From Candidatus Bathyarchaeota archaeon (lineage in GTDB: Archaea; Thermoproteota; Bathyarchaeia; Bathyarchaeales; Bathycorpusculaceae): 64,000 nt of DNA. The stretch is taken from positions 448,001 to 512,000 of the forward strand of contig CAWHVC010000005.1 in the NCBI GenBank assembly GCA_963832745.1, in the 5' to 3' direction. This document shows, in pieces, positions 38,417 through 48,993 of the stretch; positions within the stretch are counted from its first letter, which is position 1, and every line of letters begins with the position of its first letter. A program made the translations under genes and the position numbers. Under the pieces are notes generated by a model that saw only the letters and a list, made by a program, of their open reading frames with translations, had not been told where the DNA came from and did no database searches.

Positions 38417-40108
38417 TTAGGCTACTGGTGCAGGCGCAGTCTGGACTGGCAAAGCAACTTTTCTTGCGGTTTCCTCAGTTAGCATGCCTACCAGTTGTCC
38501 GTTTTTGACCATAGCCGCACGTTTCATGCCTTTCTCCCGCATAATCTTCATTGCATTAATCATTGATTCAGCTTTATCAAGAATAATCAGCGGCGTGTAA
38601 CTGAGGTCTTTTGCAAGGGTTTTAGCTGGGTCTTTGTGATTTTCAATTATGTCTCTTAAGATGTCTCTGTCGCTTATTACCCCGATTTGTCGGTTATGCT
38701 CAGTTATAAGCACAGAGTTTACGCTGTTCTGAAGCATCAAACCAACAAGTGCCGAAATGGTTTCGGTAATTGGTACTTCTATTTGGGGTAGTTTCATGCC
38801 GGCTTGGCTGCTGATTTCAGAAATGTCGATTCCACGTTTCCAGATGTCGTTTAGCATTTCGCTTGTGCGTTCGATTTGGCTGGGGTCACTGGAGTAGAAA
38901 GTGTCTGGTAGGTAAAAGGCTGACTCGCTTGTCCAGTCACCTAACGGCGGCATTTTAAACATGAAAAGATGTTTGTTATCAACCAGCATCATGGTCATGT
39001 AACTGATCGGAACATGCTTAATTTCATAACGTGCGAAAAGTTTCTGTGCAGGCTCCAAGTTGTCAAGGTCAATTGAAGCCATAATGCGGACTTTGAGGTC
39101 TTTTTTTAGGAACTTTATTAATGGGTCATCTTCGGCGAGGCGGTTGATGCTTTGTGAAGTGGTAATTATAACAACATCGTCTTTGGCGTTTTCAACCACT
39201 TTAGTAACTTTTTCCCATGCTTCATCTGCACTTTTAATAACCACGGTTTCACCGATTGGAATACCGCTTTTCAGTTCATCAACACGTCTTGTTGCTTCCA
39301 CACCGATTGACCACATCTGCTCAAAGAACGCTTTCAAAACGGAAATGAACATTTTATCGTTAATCCATAAACCCTCGTCTTCAAGGTTCAAAACCGAGGT
39401 TTCGTTGCCAAATGGCGCGTAAAGGATGGCTTCTTCCTCATCCTTAATTAAGAAACGTGGGAAAAACTTTGAATTCATACTCATATGACGCAGTTTAATA
39501 TTAAGCCGGTCTTCGATTATGTTGCGTTCTATGCGTTCCACAATTTTGAGGTTGTCAGTTGATATATCCGTTATTATTTGAAAGTTTACGTTCCGGTTTT
39601 TAGAGGGGTCAAATGCAGAGTCAAAAATTCCGGCAATATCTTCCTGAATAAGCCCCAAACCGGTGGTTAAAAAGAGAACATGTTTGTTGGATTCCTCAAT
39701 CATGCTTATCATTTTTGAATGAATCTTTTTCTTGCCAGTTATGATTGAAAATTTAGCAACTGGATACTCGGATTCTGGAGTGCTGATTGACTTCCAAGCG
39801 ACCAGCAGATTCTGTTTTTGCTCGTTTAGGTTTACAACTTCATTCTTTTTTGCATTAATGAAGGTGTCAACAAGATTTTCAAACGGGACAATCGTGAAAC
39901 GGGTTGGCCTTTCAAGTGTTGCTTCGATAAAGCCTTTTTCTTGTAGTTTTTTGAAGGTGCGGTAGGCTTGAACGCGTTCCATTTTCAGGCGTTTAGCTAC
40001 GAAACTTGTAGACTGCACGCCGCTTTTAGCAAGGAACATGTAGACTTGGATTTCGCGTTTTGAGAGTCCCAGAATTTGCAGAAAACGTGTTATATCCTTT
40101 TCACTCAA
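38417..40108 (-). CDS. TrmB-type regulator with two PLD-like domains and a C-terminal CBS pair
   Basis: GLSKREIQVYMFL HTH; FLIKDEEE and MMLVDNKH domains; IGVISDRDI and LVGMLTE CBS motifs. Confidence 0.87.
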   Translation of the reverse strand: MSEKDITRFLQILGLSKREIQVYMFLAKSGVQSTSFVAKRLKMERVQAYRTFKKLQEKGFIEATLERPTRFTIVPFENLVDTFINAKKNEVVNLNEQKQNLLVAWKSISTPESEYPVAKFSIITGKKKIHSKMISMIEESNKHVLFLTTGLGLIQEDIAGIFDSAFDPSKNRNVNFQIITDISTDNLKIVERIERNIIEDRLNIKLRHMSMNSKFFPRFLIKDEEEAILYAPFGNETSVLNLEDEGLWINDKMFISVLKAFFEQMWSIGVEATRRVDELKSGIPIGETVVIKSADEAWEKVTKVVENAKDDVVIITTSQSINRLAEDDPLIKFLKKDLKVRIMASIDLDNLEPAQKLFARYEIKHVPISYMTMMLVDNKHLFMFKMPPLGDWTSESAFYLPDTFYSSDPSQIERTSEMLNDIWKRGIDISEISSQAGMKLPQIEVPITETISALVGLMLQNSVNSVLITEHNRQIGVISDRDILRDIIENHKDPAKTLAKDLSYTPLIILDKAESMINAMKIMREKGMKRAAMVKNGQLVGMLTEETARKVALPVQTAPAPVA

Positions 40109-40419
40109 GGTATAGTAAGCCGCCTAACGATAAAATCCAGTGTTTCCATTAGTTTTAATGTTTACGCATTTATATAAAGGATAGCATGTTTGTCAAGCTT
40201 AACATTTAAACAAAAAACTTCGTTTTAAAGCGTTAGGATAGCGTTTATTAATCTGAAAAAGCATTGGTAAAATTATCGAAAGATGAAACTTCGTGCTATG
40301 CTGATGCATCAAATCGAAAGCGGAATCTGGTCTGGTTTGTTGCTGCGCCCGTTAACGATTTGGGCCTTGCAAGTGTAGCATGATTGCGGATGATTACGTT
40401 AATCTGAGGAGACTTAGAA

Positions 40420-40815
40420 ATGTCTGAAAACAAAAAAACCATACTCGTTGTTGACGATGACAAATCAATTCTTAGGACATTCACAAGGATTCTTCAAAAA
40501 AGCGGGTACGAAATAGATGTTGCTGAAACTGGTAAAGAAGCAATTGAAAAAGCTGACAGCCACCACTACGACCTTGCACTGGTCGACATAAGGCTCCCTG
40601 ACATGGATGGAACGGAACTGCTTGCTAAACTTAAAGTACAGCTGCAAAGTACAGTAAAAATCATGATTACAGGTTTTCCATCTCTTGAAACAGGCGTTAA
40701 AGCCCTTGATGAAGGCGCCGATGCTTATCTTGTTAAACCAGTGAAACCTCAGGAGCTTCTTGTACTGCTTGAAGAAAAACTAAAGCATCATGAAGAGCAA
40801 GTGGCAAAAGCATAA
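40420..40815 (+). CDS. Stand-alone response regulator receiver
   Basis: ILVVDDD, DIRLPDMDG, MITG, YLVKP. Confidence 0.95.
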   Translation: MSENKKTILVVDDDKSILRTFTRILQKSGYEIDVAETGKEAIEKADSHHYDLALVDIRLPDMDGTELLAKLKVQLQSTVKIMITGFPSLETGVKALDEGADAYLVKPVKPQELLVLLEEKLKHHEEQVAKA

Positions 40816-41005
40816 ACCACACCGTTTTAGGTGCCTCTTCGTTTGTTTCTTCAATACCCTGTTAAGTTAACAGTTATTCCCATGACGTTAGTTTTTTAGG
40901 TAGCTAAAGGCTTAGATAACAGTTTGACAGTTTCACAGACTGTTGAATTTCAGGCAGATACTGATTTTTTTGTAGAGAAAGCTTAAGAATGGTGATTTTG
41001 GTTAC

Positions 41006-41908
41006 GTGAATATGATTCAAGGTTTGAAGGGCTTTGCCCAATTTATTTCTGTTGAACGCGGTTTAATGCTTTTCATGATTTCTGTCGGCGCAACCTTCCT
41101 TACAGGAGGCGCGATTGCTTGGGCTCCAGCACTGTTGTTGGGTGTTATCGTGTTTTGCATTTGGAGCGCTGTCGACGGAATGAACAACTTATGTGATGTT
41201 GAATTAGACGTGTTATCTGACCCGTTGCGTTCGCAATTCACAAAAAGACTTGGCAAAATAGGCTTATTCATCACCTTAGGTTTTACAGGTTTATCATTAG
41301 CGTTGGGCGCGGCGACTTTGATGCCTTACGTGCTGCTTTTCGTTGGTGTAGGCATCCTCTTTGGAGTCTTGTACTCGGTGCCGCCTTTCCGTCTGCGGAA
41401 AACCGCGTACAAACCTTTAGTCAACTTCACTGTCGGAGCAGTTCCAGTAATGATTGTCGCGGCATTCTTCAATTCGTTCTCAGCCAGCGTAGTCGCGTTA
41501 ATCGTACTCATCGGCGTGACCACTGCAATAAACAGCCTCTGGGAAGACCTCGCAGACTTTGCGTCTGACTTCCACAGCGGTTCCCGAACAATCCCTATCA
41601 TTATGGGTTTTAGAAATGGCTTATTCTTCACGGTCGTGATGGGTTACGCTATGCTTCCTTTGATGGTGCTGGTGGGCATGCTTTTCCAGCTTCCAACAGT
41701 CTGGTATGGCGCGTTAGCAATCCTTGCAGGCTTCATAACCTTCCGGTTAATCCAGAAACGCAATACACTCTTCAAACAAAACAATGCAGACAACACAGAA
41801 CTCTTCAAACTCGGAGAAACCTTATCCAAAGACTTCGTAATAATCGCCATAGTATTTACGCTAAGCCTAATGATAAGCAGCCTACTAAAAATCAACCCAA
41901 TATTCTAA
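41006..41908 (+). CDS. UbiA family prenyltransferase
   Basis: NNLCDVELD, YSVPPFRLR, EDLADFASD...G.RTIP; multiple TM helices. Confidence 0.9.
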   Translation: MNMIQGLKGFAQFISVERGLMLFMISVGATFLTGGAIAWAPALLLGVIVFCIWSAVDGMNNLCDVELDVLSDPLRSQFTKRLGKIGLFITLGFTGLSLALGAATLMPYVLLFVGVGILFGVLYSVPPFRLRKTAYKPLVNFTVGAVPVMIVAAFFNSFSASVVALIVLIGVTTAINSLWEDLADFASDFHSGSRTIPIIMGFRNGLFFTVVMGYAMLPLMVLVGMLFQLPTVWYGALAILAGFITFRLIQKRNTLFKQNNADNTELFKLGETLSKDFVIIAIVFTLSLMISSLLKINPIF

Positions 41909-41928
41909 AAAACACTGGTACAAGCCGC

Positions 41929-42003
41929 CTGCCAACCTATTTACCGTCTATTAGGAGCCTAATAGTGGTTCATTGCAGAAACCTATAGGGGGTAGGCGGT
42001 AAT
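41929..42003 (+). repeat. Dispersed element B, copy 2
   Basis: CTGCCAACCTATT...CTATTAGGAGCCTAATAG...TGCAGAAACCTATAGGGGGTAGG. Confidence 0.8.
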
Positions 42004-42130
42004 AGCGCTTTTCAAACACAAAAACAGGCGTTTACCAATTTAAACGTAAATAAAGCCACTTTTCCCTTACGTGTTAGGGTCAAGTTTTATTTGGAATCAA
42101 CGCAACTTGATATGCAGGTGACAAGTAACG

Positions 42131-42585
42131 GTGAAAGTGCTCATTTTTTATGACTCAAAATATGGCAACACCAAGCTGGCTGCAGAAAAGATTGCTGAGG
42201 GACTCAAAAGTGAGGGGGTAGACGCTGACTTGAGCTATGTGAAAGAAGCGGCACTTAAGGGCACAATATTAGCTGACGCGTTAATTTTGGGTGCACCAAA
42301 CCATATGGGCAGACCCGCCCACACTATGAAGGCTTTCATTGACCGTTTAGCGAACGTTGACTTGAAAACGAAAAAGGTGGCGGTTTTCGGCACTTACGCA
42401 GGCAAAGAAAGACAGCAAGACAGGGCTGAGAGGAAACTAGAAAACTAGTTGCGGAAAAGTTGCCCCGTTTAAAGCAGGTTGTGCCGGGATTATCGGTTAG
42501 AGTGAATGGTGTATCGGGTCCTGTAGTTGAAGGAGAACTGCCTAAATGTATAGAATTCGGCAGGACAATTGCCTCTCAACTTTGA
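42131..42585 (+). pseudogene. Flavodoxin, frameshifted at the A run near 42441
   Basis: YDSKYGNT and LGAPNH motifs; the shifted frame continues LVAEKLPRLKQVVPGLSVRVNGVSGPVVEGELPKCIEFGRTIASQL*. Confidence 0.85.
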
Positions 42586-42652
42586 AACCACTGACAGAAT
42601 TCACAACAGCAATGGAACTCAGAAAACACAACATAATTTCAAATTAAGCACA

Positions 42653-42772
42653 GCAGACAACATAAAAACGCTGAAAGGTGGCGAACTATTAGCCAAAGAC
42701 GGCGTAATAATCGCAATCGTGTTCACATTAAGCCTAATGATAAGCAACCCATTTAAAACCAACATATATTGA
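42653..42772 (+). repeat. Diverged duplicate of the 3' end of the UbiA gene
   Basis: ADNIKTLKGGELLAKDGVIIAIVFTLSLMISN versus UbiA ADNTELFKLGETLSKDFVIIAIVFTLSLMISS; DNA shares TAAGCCTAATGATAAGCA. Confidence 0.85.
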
Positions 42773-42798
42773 ACATTTTTTGGTTTTAGTAGCCATAT

Positions 42799-43191
42799 TT
42801 AATTTCTAGCCAAATAAATTGTAACGATAACTATTGCTAATATCCCGATGAGACCTATCCAAACATCTACAGATAGTAAAATTGCGGACAACGAAATAAG
42901 TAATGAAAGAAATCCAATTTTAAAAATTTTGTAAGCTGGCAAAGCACCTAGATTAAATTCACGTTCATTTTCGCTAGAGCAAACACCAGCAAAACGTATT
43001 GCAGAGAAAATGAAAGTTATTGCGCTTAAAACCAATGGAATGGCTATAAAGTAAAAGGCTGTCAGAATACCATTAAAGTATCCAAAAAAATCGATAGAAA
43101 GAACTTGAACATCAAGACTACTTCTTGTGTCGATTAACAACAGAGTGGCAGTAAAAAAAATTCCGCCTAAAAAAGAAGAAACCGCTGACAT
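42799..43191 (-). CDS. Hypothetical membrane protein
   Basis: 130-aa AT-rich ORF with 3-4 TM segments. Confidence 0.55.
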   Translation of the reverse strand: MSAVSSFLGGIFFTATLLLIDTRSSLDVQVLSIDFFGYFNGILTAFYFIAIPLVLSAITFIFSAIRFAGVCSSENEREFNLGALPAYKIFKIGFLSLLISLSAILLSVDVWIGLIGILAIVIVTIYLARN

Positions 43192-43346
43192 AACTGTACA
43201 GCTATCTTTGTTCCATTTTATGCTTCGCGTAATAAATGCTCCATTTAACTTAATTACTTACTTATTTGCTGAATTTATCGGTTAAATGTTTTGTGATAGA
43301 TTTTTTAGCAAGTATTTTATATATTTTAAGCAAAGGGTGAAGGCGC

Positions 43347-44270
43347 ATGGGTCTCTCCGATAGCACTTATAACACTGAAAAGAATTTCAGCGATGTTGTC
43401 AATGTGAACTATGAAATCGCCATAATTCTGCCTACCTATAATGAAGGAAATACTATAGGTCACTTGATTGCTAAACTTGAAAGTTTGAACCTTAATCTAT
43501 ACATAATTGTTGTTGATGATTCAAGCTCTGATGGTACTCAAAATATTGTAAAAGACTTAAAGTTGACTTACTCTAACATAGAATTGATAAGTAGATCATC
43601 AAAAAATGGAAAGGCCTCAGCAATCAGAGAAGGCTTTAATTTTATCCTTTCTAAGCCAAACGCGTCTGATTTCATTATCACAATGGATACAGACTTTTCT
43701 CATAACCCAAACGATATTCCTCGGTTATTATCCGCAGCTAAAAATAACGATATAGTTATTGGAAGCAGGTACTGTAAAGGTGGAGGTGTAATTAACTGGA
43801 GTCTGCTTCGGGTATTATTCAGCCGTACAGCCAATTTAATGACTTCAGCACTGATAGAGTCCCATGTTCACGATTATAGAAGTAGGTTTCGTTGCTATTC
43901 AAGAGCATTTGTGAAAGCGATTCAAAGCAGTTTACCTGAGGAATCAAATGGAATACAAGAAGAAACAATAAGAATAGCTTCTATGAACGGTTTCAAAATT
44001 AAAGAGGTCCCAATAATTTCGATAAAAAGATCGGGTTCATCTAAAACAAGCTTTGCCGAGCTTAACGAATTTTTGTCTTATGCATTTAGTCTTCTAGTAT
44101 CCCGAGACCCATCAAATTCAAGAAATACCTCTGAAACAGGTTTTAAAAACACGTTCCAGTCAGTTAATAATTCGATTGAAGAAATACTAGACCATATTAT
44201 AATTGGAAAAAGAATTGTTGTTCTAATTCGAAAAAGGCTTCAATTTTTTTCAACTCTTTTTAGAAATTGA
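43347..44270 (+). CDS. GT2 glycosyltransferase, polyprenol-phosphate mannose synthase (DPM1)-like
   Basis: ILPTYNE, VVDDSSSDGT, MDTDFSH, VIGSRY. The usual SGFR reads SRFR, suggesting divergence. Confidence 0.87.
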   Translation: MGLSDSTYNTEKNFSDVVNVNYEIAIILPTYNEGNTIGHLIAKLESLNLNLYIIVVDDSSSDGTQNIVKDLKLTYSNIELISRSSKNGKASAIREGFNFILSKPNASDFIITMDTDFSHNPNDIPRLLSAAKNNDIVIGSRYCKGGGVINWSLLRVLFSRTANLMTSALIESHVHDYRSRFRCYSRAFVKAIQSSLPEESNGIQEETIRIASMNGFKIKEVPIISIKRSGSSKTSFAELNEFLSYAFSLLVSRDPSNSRNTSETGFKNTFQSVNNSIEEILDHIIIGKRIVVLIRKRLQFFSTLFRN

Positions 44271-44336
44271 TTTTTTACTAACACCTACAGTTAATTTTTT
44301 TATAAATGTGGAAAATCTAATTTTTCAACTCATACG

Positions 44337-47171
44337 TTATTGGTAGGGTTTTATTAGTCCTCTTTTTTCTTTGATGCTTGCCTGCGCCGCCGCTAAGCGT
44401 GCCACTGGAACCCTGTACGGTGAGCAACTTACGTAGTCAAGGTTGATTCTGTGACAAAACTCGACACTGCTGGGTTCGCCTCCGTGTTCACCGCAGATGC
44501 CGATTTTTAGGTCTGGGCGGCTTTTGCGTCCCCACTCCACTGTGATGGCCATCAACCGACCGACACCTTTTACATCCAAAATTTCAAACGGGTTATCCTG
44601 CAAAATCTTTTGTTCTGTGTAGAATGGTAGGAACTTGTTTTCGGCGTCTTCCCGCGAGAAGCTAAAAGTGGCTTGTGTGAGGTCATTGGTGCCGAAACTG
44701 AAAAACGACACCATATCCGCAAGGGTGCCGGCTCTCATGCATGCTCTGACAACTTCAATCATAGTGCCAAGCGCGTACGGGACCGTTTTGCCACTGTGTT
44801 CTTTTACGCGGTGTTCTACACGTTTAATTAGGCTTTGAACACGTTTGAGTTCTTGGCTTGTGCAGACTTGCGGAATCATGATTTCCACATGCACGGGCAC
44901 GGTTTCTTTGATTAATTCGCCGGCAGCTTCAAGAATCGCTTCTACCTGCATTTCATAGATTTCAGGGTAAGTCAAACCGAGGCGAACTCCCCGGTGACCA
45001 AGCATTGGGTTAACTTCACGAAGCAGACGGATTTTGCGTAGGGTGTCGCGTTTGCGGTCCAACTCCTGGACTTGGAATTCGGAAATGTTGTTTAGCATGT
45101 GTTCGCCTTCGGTTAGCATTAACTGGATTTTTTCGTCGCCGTTAGGCATCATATCAGACAGTTCACACACGTTTTTGATAGCTTGCTGACATTTCTCAAG
45201 TTTAGCTATTTCGTGCTCCAAAACTTCTTCGTTAGGCAAGAACTCATGAAGCGGCGGATCCAACAAGCGAATAGTAACAGGTAAGCCCTGCATGACCCGC
45301 AAAATATCCGTGAAGTCCTGCTTCTGCAAAGGCAAAAGCTGATGAAGTGACTTTAGCCGTTCTTCATACGAGTCAGCGAGGATCATTTCTTGAAAAAGGC
45401 CTATACGGTCGGAAGCGTTAAACATGCGTTCCGTGCGGCATAACCCGATGCCTTCAGCTCCAAACTTTAACGCTTTCTCAGCATCAACTGGAGTGTCCGC
45501 GTTTGTCCTTACTCCAAGGCGGCGGAACTCGTCAGCCCAACTGAGAATTGTGCTCATGTTACCAGAGATTTCTGGTTCAACCATCGCAACTTCGCCTATC
45601 CACACGTTGCCTGAAGTGCCATCAATAGTTATGATGGTGCCGGGCAGAATTTTTTGGTCTCCGACAAAAGCGTTTCTTTCTGTATGATTAATTTTTATGT
45701 CAGCAGCGCCGGAAACGCAAGGTTTTCCCATTCCTCGGGCTACTACGGCAGCGTGACTGGTTTTCCCGCCAATCGACGTCAAAATTCCTTGGGATGCAAA
45801 GAAGCCGTGAATATCTTCGGGTTTTGTTTGTTCACGGACAAGGATAACTTTTTTGCCTGCTTTTCCCTGTTTTTCTGCTTCGTCCGCTGTGAAAACTGCC
45901 TCGCCACTGGCAGCGCCGGGAGAAGCGCCTAATCCGACTGCAACGGGGGGTATCTTGTTGTTTGGATCGATTTGACTATACATTAATTGGGTTAACTGGT
46001 TTGGGTCTATTCTTAGCAAAGCTTCTTCTTTAGTGATTAAACCTTCCTTGGTCATTTCCACAGATGCACGAAGATTTGCGGCAGCATTCATTTTTGCGTT
46101 GCGGGTTTGAAGCATGTACAGTTTGCCTTCTTCAATCGTGAACTCCATGTCTTGGGGTTCTTTGAAGTGCCGCTCCAATGTTTCTCGTACATCCATTAGG
46201 GCGTGGTACATTTTTGGCATGGACTGCCGCATTTCAGCAATCGATTTAGGAGTACGGATACCTGCAACTATATCTTCACCTTGTGCACGGTCAAGATAAT
46301 CGCCGAAAAGCACGTTTTCGCCTGTGCCAGGGTCACGGGTGAATGCTACACCGGTTGCGGATTCCTTGCCCATGTTACCAAAAACCATTGCTTGCACGTT
46401 TGCTGCGGTGCCGTTGGCAACTTTGGTTGAGATTTTAAACTCTTTACGGTAATCCGTTGCACGTTTGCCGTTCCAAGAAGCAAATACTGCTTCTATAGCC
46501 ATGAAGAGTTGCTCATACGGGTTTTGGGGGAGGGGTTTTCCAGTGTTTTCCTCGATTATGTGTTTGTAGGTTTCTACCAAAGTTTTCATGTCTTGCGTGT
46601 TAAGTTCAATATCGTTTTTTGCGCCCTGCTTGATTTTGAGGTCATTCATTGCTTGATTAAAAATTTCGCCGTCAATGTTAAGCACTATTGCGCCGAACAG
46701 GGAAATGAAGCGTCTGTAGGAATCCCAACTGAAGCGTTCATCCCTACTGCGTTTGATTAAACCTTTAACTGTTTCATCATTAATCCCCAAATTTAGAACT
46801 GTATCCATCATTCCAGGCATAGAAACTGCGGCGCCACTTCGCACTGAAACCAGAAGGGGCAAATTCACGTCTCCAAAACCAAGCCCCATAGCTTTCTCAA
46901 TTTGCTCCACTGCAGAGTGAACTTGCTCATGTAATCCTTCTGGAAGCTTAAAACCGTCTTTAAAATATTGCAGGCACGCTTGAGTTGTTATTACAAATCC
47001 AGGTGGAACAGGTAAACCAATCTGGGTCATCTCACATAATCCGGCGCCTTTGCCACCTAGGAGCCGCTTGTTTTTGCCGTCACCCTCGCTGAAAAGGTAA
47101 ACCCATTTGTCCTCGGGTTCTTCAAAATTAAGTTCAGATTCGATATAGCTTTGGCTAGTTTGCCTATTCAA
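44337..47171 (-). CDS. ppdK: Pyruvate, phosphate dikinase
   Basis: LGGKGA, SVRSGA..SMPGMMDT, GGKTSHAAVVARG, GIGLCRTE, FSFGTNDLTQ, ICGEHGG. Confidence 0.97.
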   Translation of the reverse strand: MNRQTSQSYIESELNFEEPEDKWVYLFSEGDGKNKRLLGGKGAGLCEMTQIGLPVPPGFVITTQACLQYFKDGFKLPEGLHEQVHSAVEQIEKAMGLGFGDVNLPLLVSVRSGAAVSMPGMMDTVLNLGINDETVKGLIKRSRDERFSWDSYRRFISLFGAIVLNIDGEIFNQAMNDLKIKQGAKNDIELNTQDMKTLVETYKHIIEENTGKPLPQNPYEQLFMAIEAVFASWNGKRATDYRKEFKISTKVANGTAANVQAMVFGNMGKESATGVAFTRDPGTGENVLFGDYLDRAQGEDIVAGIRTPKSIAEMRQSMPKMYHALMDVRETLERHFKEPQDMEFTIEEGKLYMLQTRNAKMNAAANLRASVEMTKEGLITKEEALLRIDPNQLTQLMYSQIDPNNKIPPVAVGLGASPGAASGEAVFTADEAEKQGKAGKKVILVREQTKPEDIHGFFASQGILTSIGGKTSHAAVVARGMGKPCVSGAADIKINHTERNAFVGDQKILPGTIITIDGTSGNVWIGEVAMVEPEISGNMSTILSWADEFRRLGVRTNADTPVDAEKALKFGAEGIGLCRTERMFNASDRIGLFQEMILADSYEERLKSLHQLLPLQKQDFTDILRVMQGLPVTIRLLDPPLHEFLPNEEVLEHEIAKLEKCQQAIKNVCELSDMMPNGDEKIQLMLTEGEHMLNNISEFQVQELDRKRDTLRKIRLLREVNPMLGHRGVRLGLTYPEIYEMQVEAILEAAGELIKETVPVHVEIMIPQVCTSQELKRVQSLIKRVEHRVKEHSGKTVPYALGTMIEVVRACMRAGTLADMVSFFSFGTNDLTQATFSFSREDAENKFLPFYTEQKILQDNPFEILDVKGVGRLMAITVEWGRKSRPDLKIGICGEHGGEPSSVEFCHRINLDYVSCSPYRVPVARLAAAQASIKEKRGLIKPYQ

Positions 47172-47377
47172 AAAACAATCCTCATGCTAACTTTGGTGTC
47201 CTTGAAAAAATAAAGGTATGTGGCTATCGAAAAGCTACAACAACAGGGTTTGCGGTTTAACGTTGCAGAAATCTTTTGCAGCAAAAATTTAGCGTTGCTT
47301 GTTGTTGCCAGAGTTAACAACAAAGGCTGAAATAGGCTTTTGCCTCGTCTATCCATGAAAGGTTTGAGGCATTTTTT

Positions 47378-48520
47378 GTGGCTGAACCCCCAAAGCCAGT
47401 CCCCGTAGCCGTAAGAAAAATTGTACTAGTTTCAGCAATCATAGGGTATGCTGCACTTATTCTTTACTTGATATTTTTTGTTGGATTGTTTGACCTTTTT
47501 GCGATTTTAGAAAAAATAAACGTGGGCGTTTACGTGTTAGCAATTGCAGCGGTGATGCTTTCAATATTTTTTCACACAGTCGTTTGGTATAAGCTTCTGC
47601 ATTATTTGTCGATTAAGCTGAGTTTTCGTAAAACGTTTAGTCTCTACTGGGTAGGAATATTTGTTGACAGCATCGTTCCTGGCGGATGGTCCGGCGACCT
47701 TTTCAAAGCATACTTACTTTCCCGGCAACCCAACATTGAGGGAGGCAAAGCAGTTGCGTCTGTAGTTGCCAAAAACATGTATGAAGCCATCTTTAACTTG
47801 GGAAACATGGTACTGGGGCTTGTCCTGCTTATTTTGAATTACAGTTATGAAAGCGCCATCCTGTTTTCGATCGGCATCGTTATGGTACTGTTAACTTTGC
47901 CGCTTGTGGTTTTACTGGTTATCAGTTTTCGGCCTGAGGGAGCAAAAAAAGTGGTAGCTGCATGCATACGGGGAATTACTGTGTTAAGCCGTAACCGTTG
48001 GAACCTTAAAAAGTTTGAAGTTGAAGTTGACAAGTTGCTTGATGATTACCATCTAGGCATGAAGATTCTTTTGAATAAACCAAAAATGCTTACGCAACCA
48101 ATGTTTTTCTCTTTTTTTGCTTGGCTATTTGAAATTGCCGCGTTGTTTCTGGTTTTTGCAGCTTTAGGTTTTCTTGTTTTTCCTGACCAAGTCATTATTG
48201 TACATTCAATAGCTGGAAATATTGAATCTCAGGGTTACGGGTTTGCTGGTTACGCCCAAATCGTTGCAACTTCACTGTATACGACTTTGGGAATCCAGCA
48301 GGCACTTGCAGCGTCAGCGGCGCTTTTAGGTGGCGTAATCATTTTTTGGCTAAAAATGGGTTTAGCTTATGTAGCGTTCTATTTTGTTGTGCTTGTTAAC
48401 TACGGCAAGAATATTCCTGTTAAGGTGCCTGAGACTGAAAAACCGCTTGAACAGCTTGAAGTTGTAAAGGTTGTTGAGCAAGATTTGTCTGTAATAGAGG
48501 AGGCAAATGATAACGGTTAA
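47378..48520 (+). CDS. Lysylphosphatidylglycerol-synthase TM / flippase-like membrane protein (UPF0104)
   Basis: About 8 TM helices; GIFVDSIVPGGWSGDLFKAYLL motif. Confidence 0.85.
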   Translation: MAEPPKPVPVAVRKIVLVSAIIGYAALILYLIFFVGLFDLFAILEKINVGVYVLAIAAVMLSIFFHTVVWYKLLHYLSIKLSFRKTFSLYWVGIFVDSIVPGGWSGDLFKAYLLSRQPNIEGGKAVASVVAKNMYEAIFNLGNMVLGLVLLILNYSYESAILFSIGIVMVLLTLPLVVLLVISFRPEGAKKVVAACIRGITVLSRNRWNLKKFEVEVDKLLDDYHLGMKILLNKPKMLTQPMFFSFFAWLFEIAALFLVFAALGFLVFPDQVIIVHSIAGNIESQGYGFAGYAQIVATSLYTTLGIQQALAASAALLGGVIIFWLKMGLAYVAFYFVVLVNYGKNIPVKVPETEKPLEQLEVVKVVEQDLSVIEEANDNG

Positions 48521-48546
48521 AGAGGGAAAGAAGATGATTTGTGTAT

Positions 48547-48810
48547 TTAGAGGTTTTTTGTTCGCTTGCGAAGAAATATAACGGTTATTAATGCAACAAT
48601 TACGGCTATTACTGCAATATAGATTGCCCATTGCAAATTCACGGGCTGAAAGGGTTGTTTTGGGTGTCAGGTTGGTGTTACACTAGTTTCAGTGTCATTA
48701 TGGGAGTGCTTGTTGGTTAGGGAGTTACTGTCGGAGTTGGAGTTGGTGAGGGGACTGGGTGAAGGTGGGTATTGAAGTAGGTGCCGCTGTTTGTGTGGCT
48801 GTTGGCTCAT
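48547..48810 (-). pseudogene. Remnant C-terminus of a surface protein (Pro/Thr linker plus TM anchor)
   Basis: Minus-strand fragments EPTATQTAAPTS, PSPTPTPTVTP and NLQWAIYIAVIAVIVALITVIFLRKRTKNL* in broken frames. Confidence 0.6.
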
Positions 48811-48993
48811 ACAAAACCTTGCTCTTTTAAAATTTTATTATACCCCGAAATATTGCCTTAAACATTAAAAATGCAGTAAATGCCAAGCATCAAAAGGTTA
48901 ATCTAATAACTAATCAACCTTCTGAAAGATAACTTTGATTAACAACACTTATCTTGATGAGTACCTTCAAACGTAAAGCAAGGGTCAAAAATT

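Noticed and set aside
42446-42448. TAG in flavodoxin as pyrrolysine readthrough
   Set aside because: The flavodoxin C-terminus continues in a different frame, so this is a frameshift rather than recoding.
42653-42772. UbiA 3'-end duplicate as a DGR template/variable repeat pair
   Set aside because: Differences are not restricted to adenines, and there is no reverse transcriptase in the window.
44635-46760. Plus-strand ORFs inside ppdK, and similar antisense ORFs inside metX, metY, galT, tpiA and the kinase
   Set aside because: Shadow ORFs antisense to well-supported genes.
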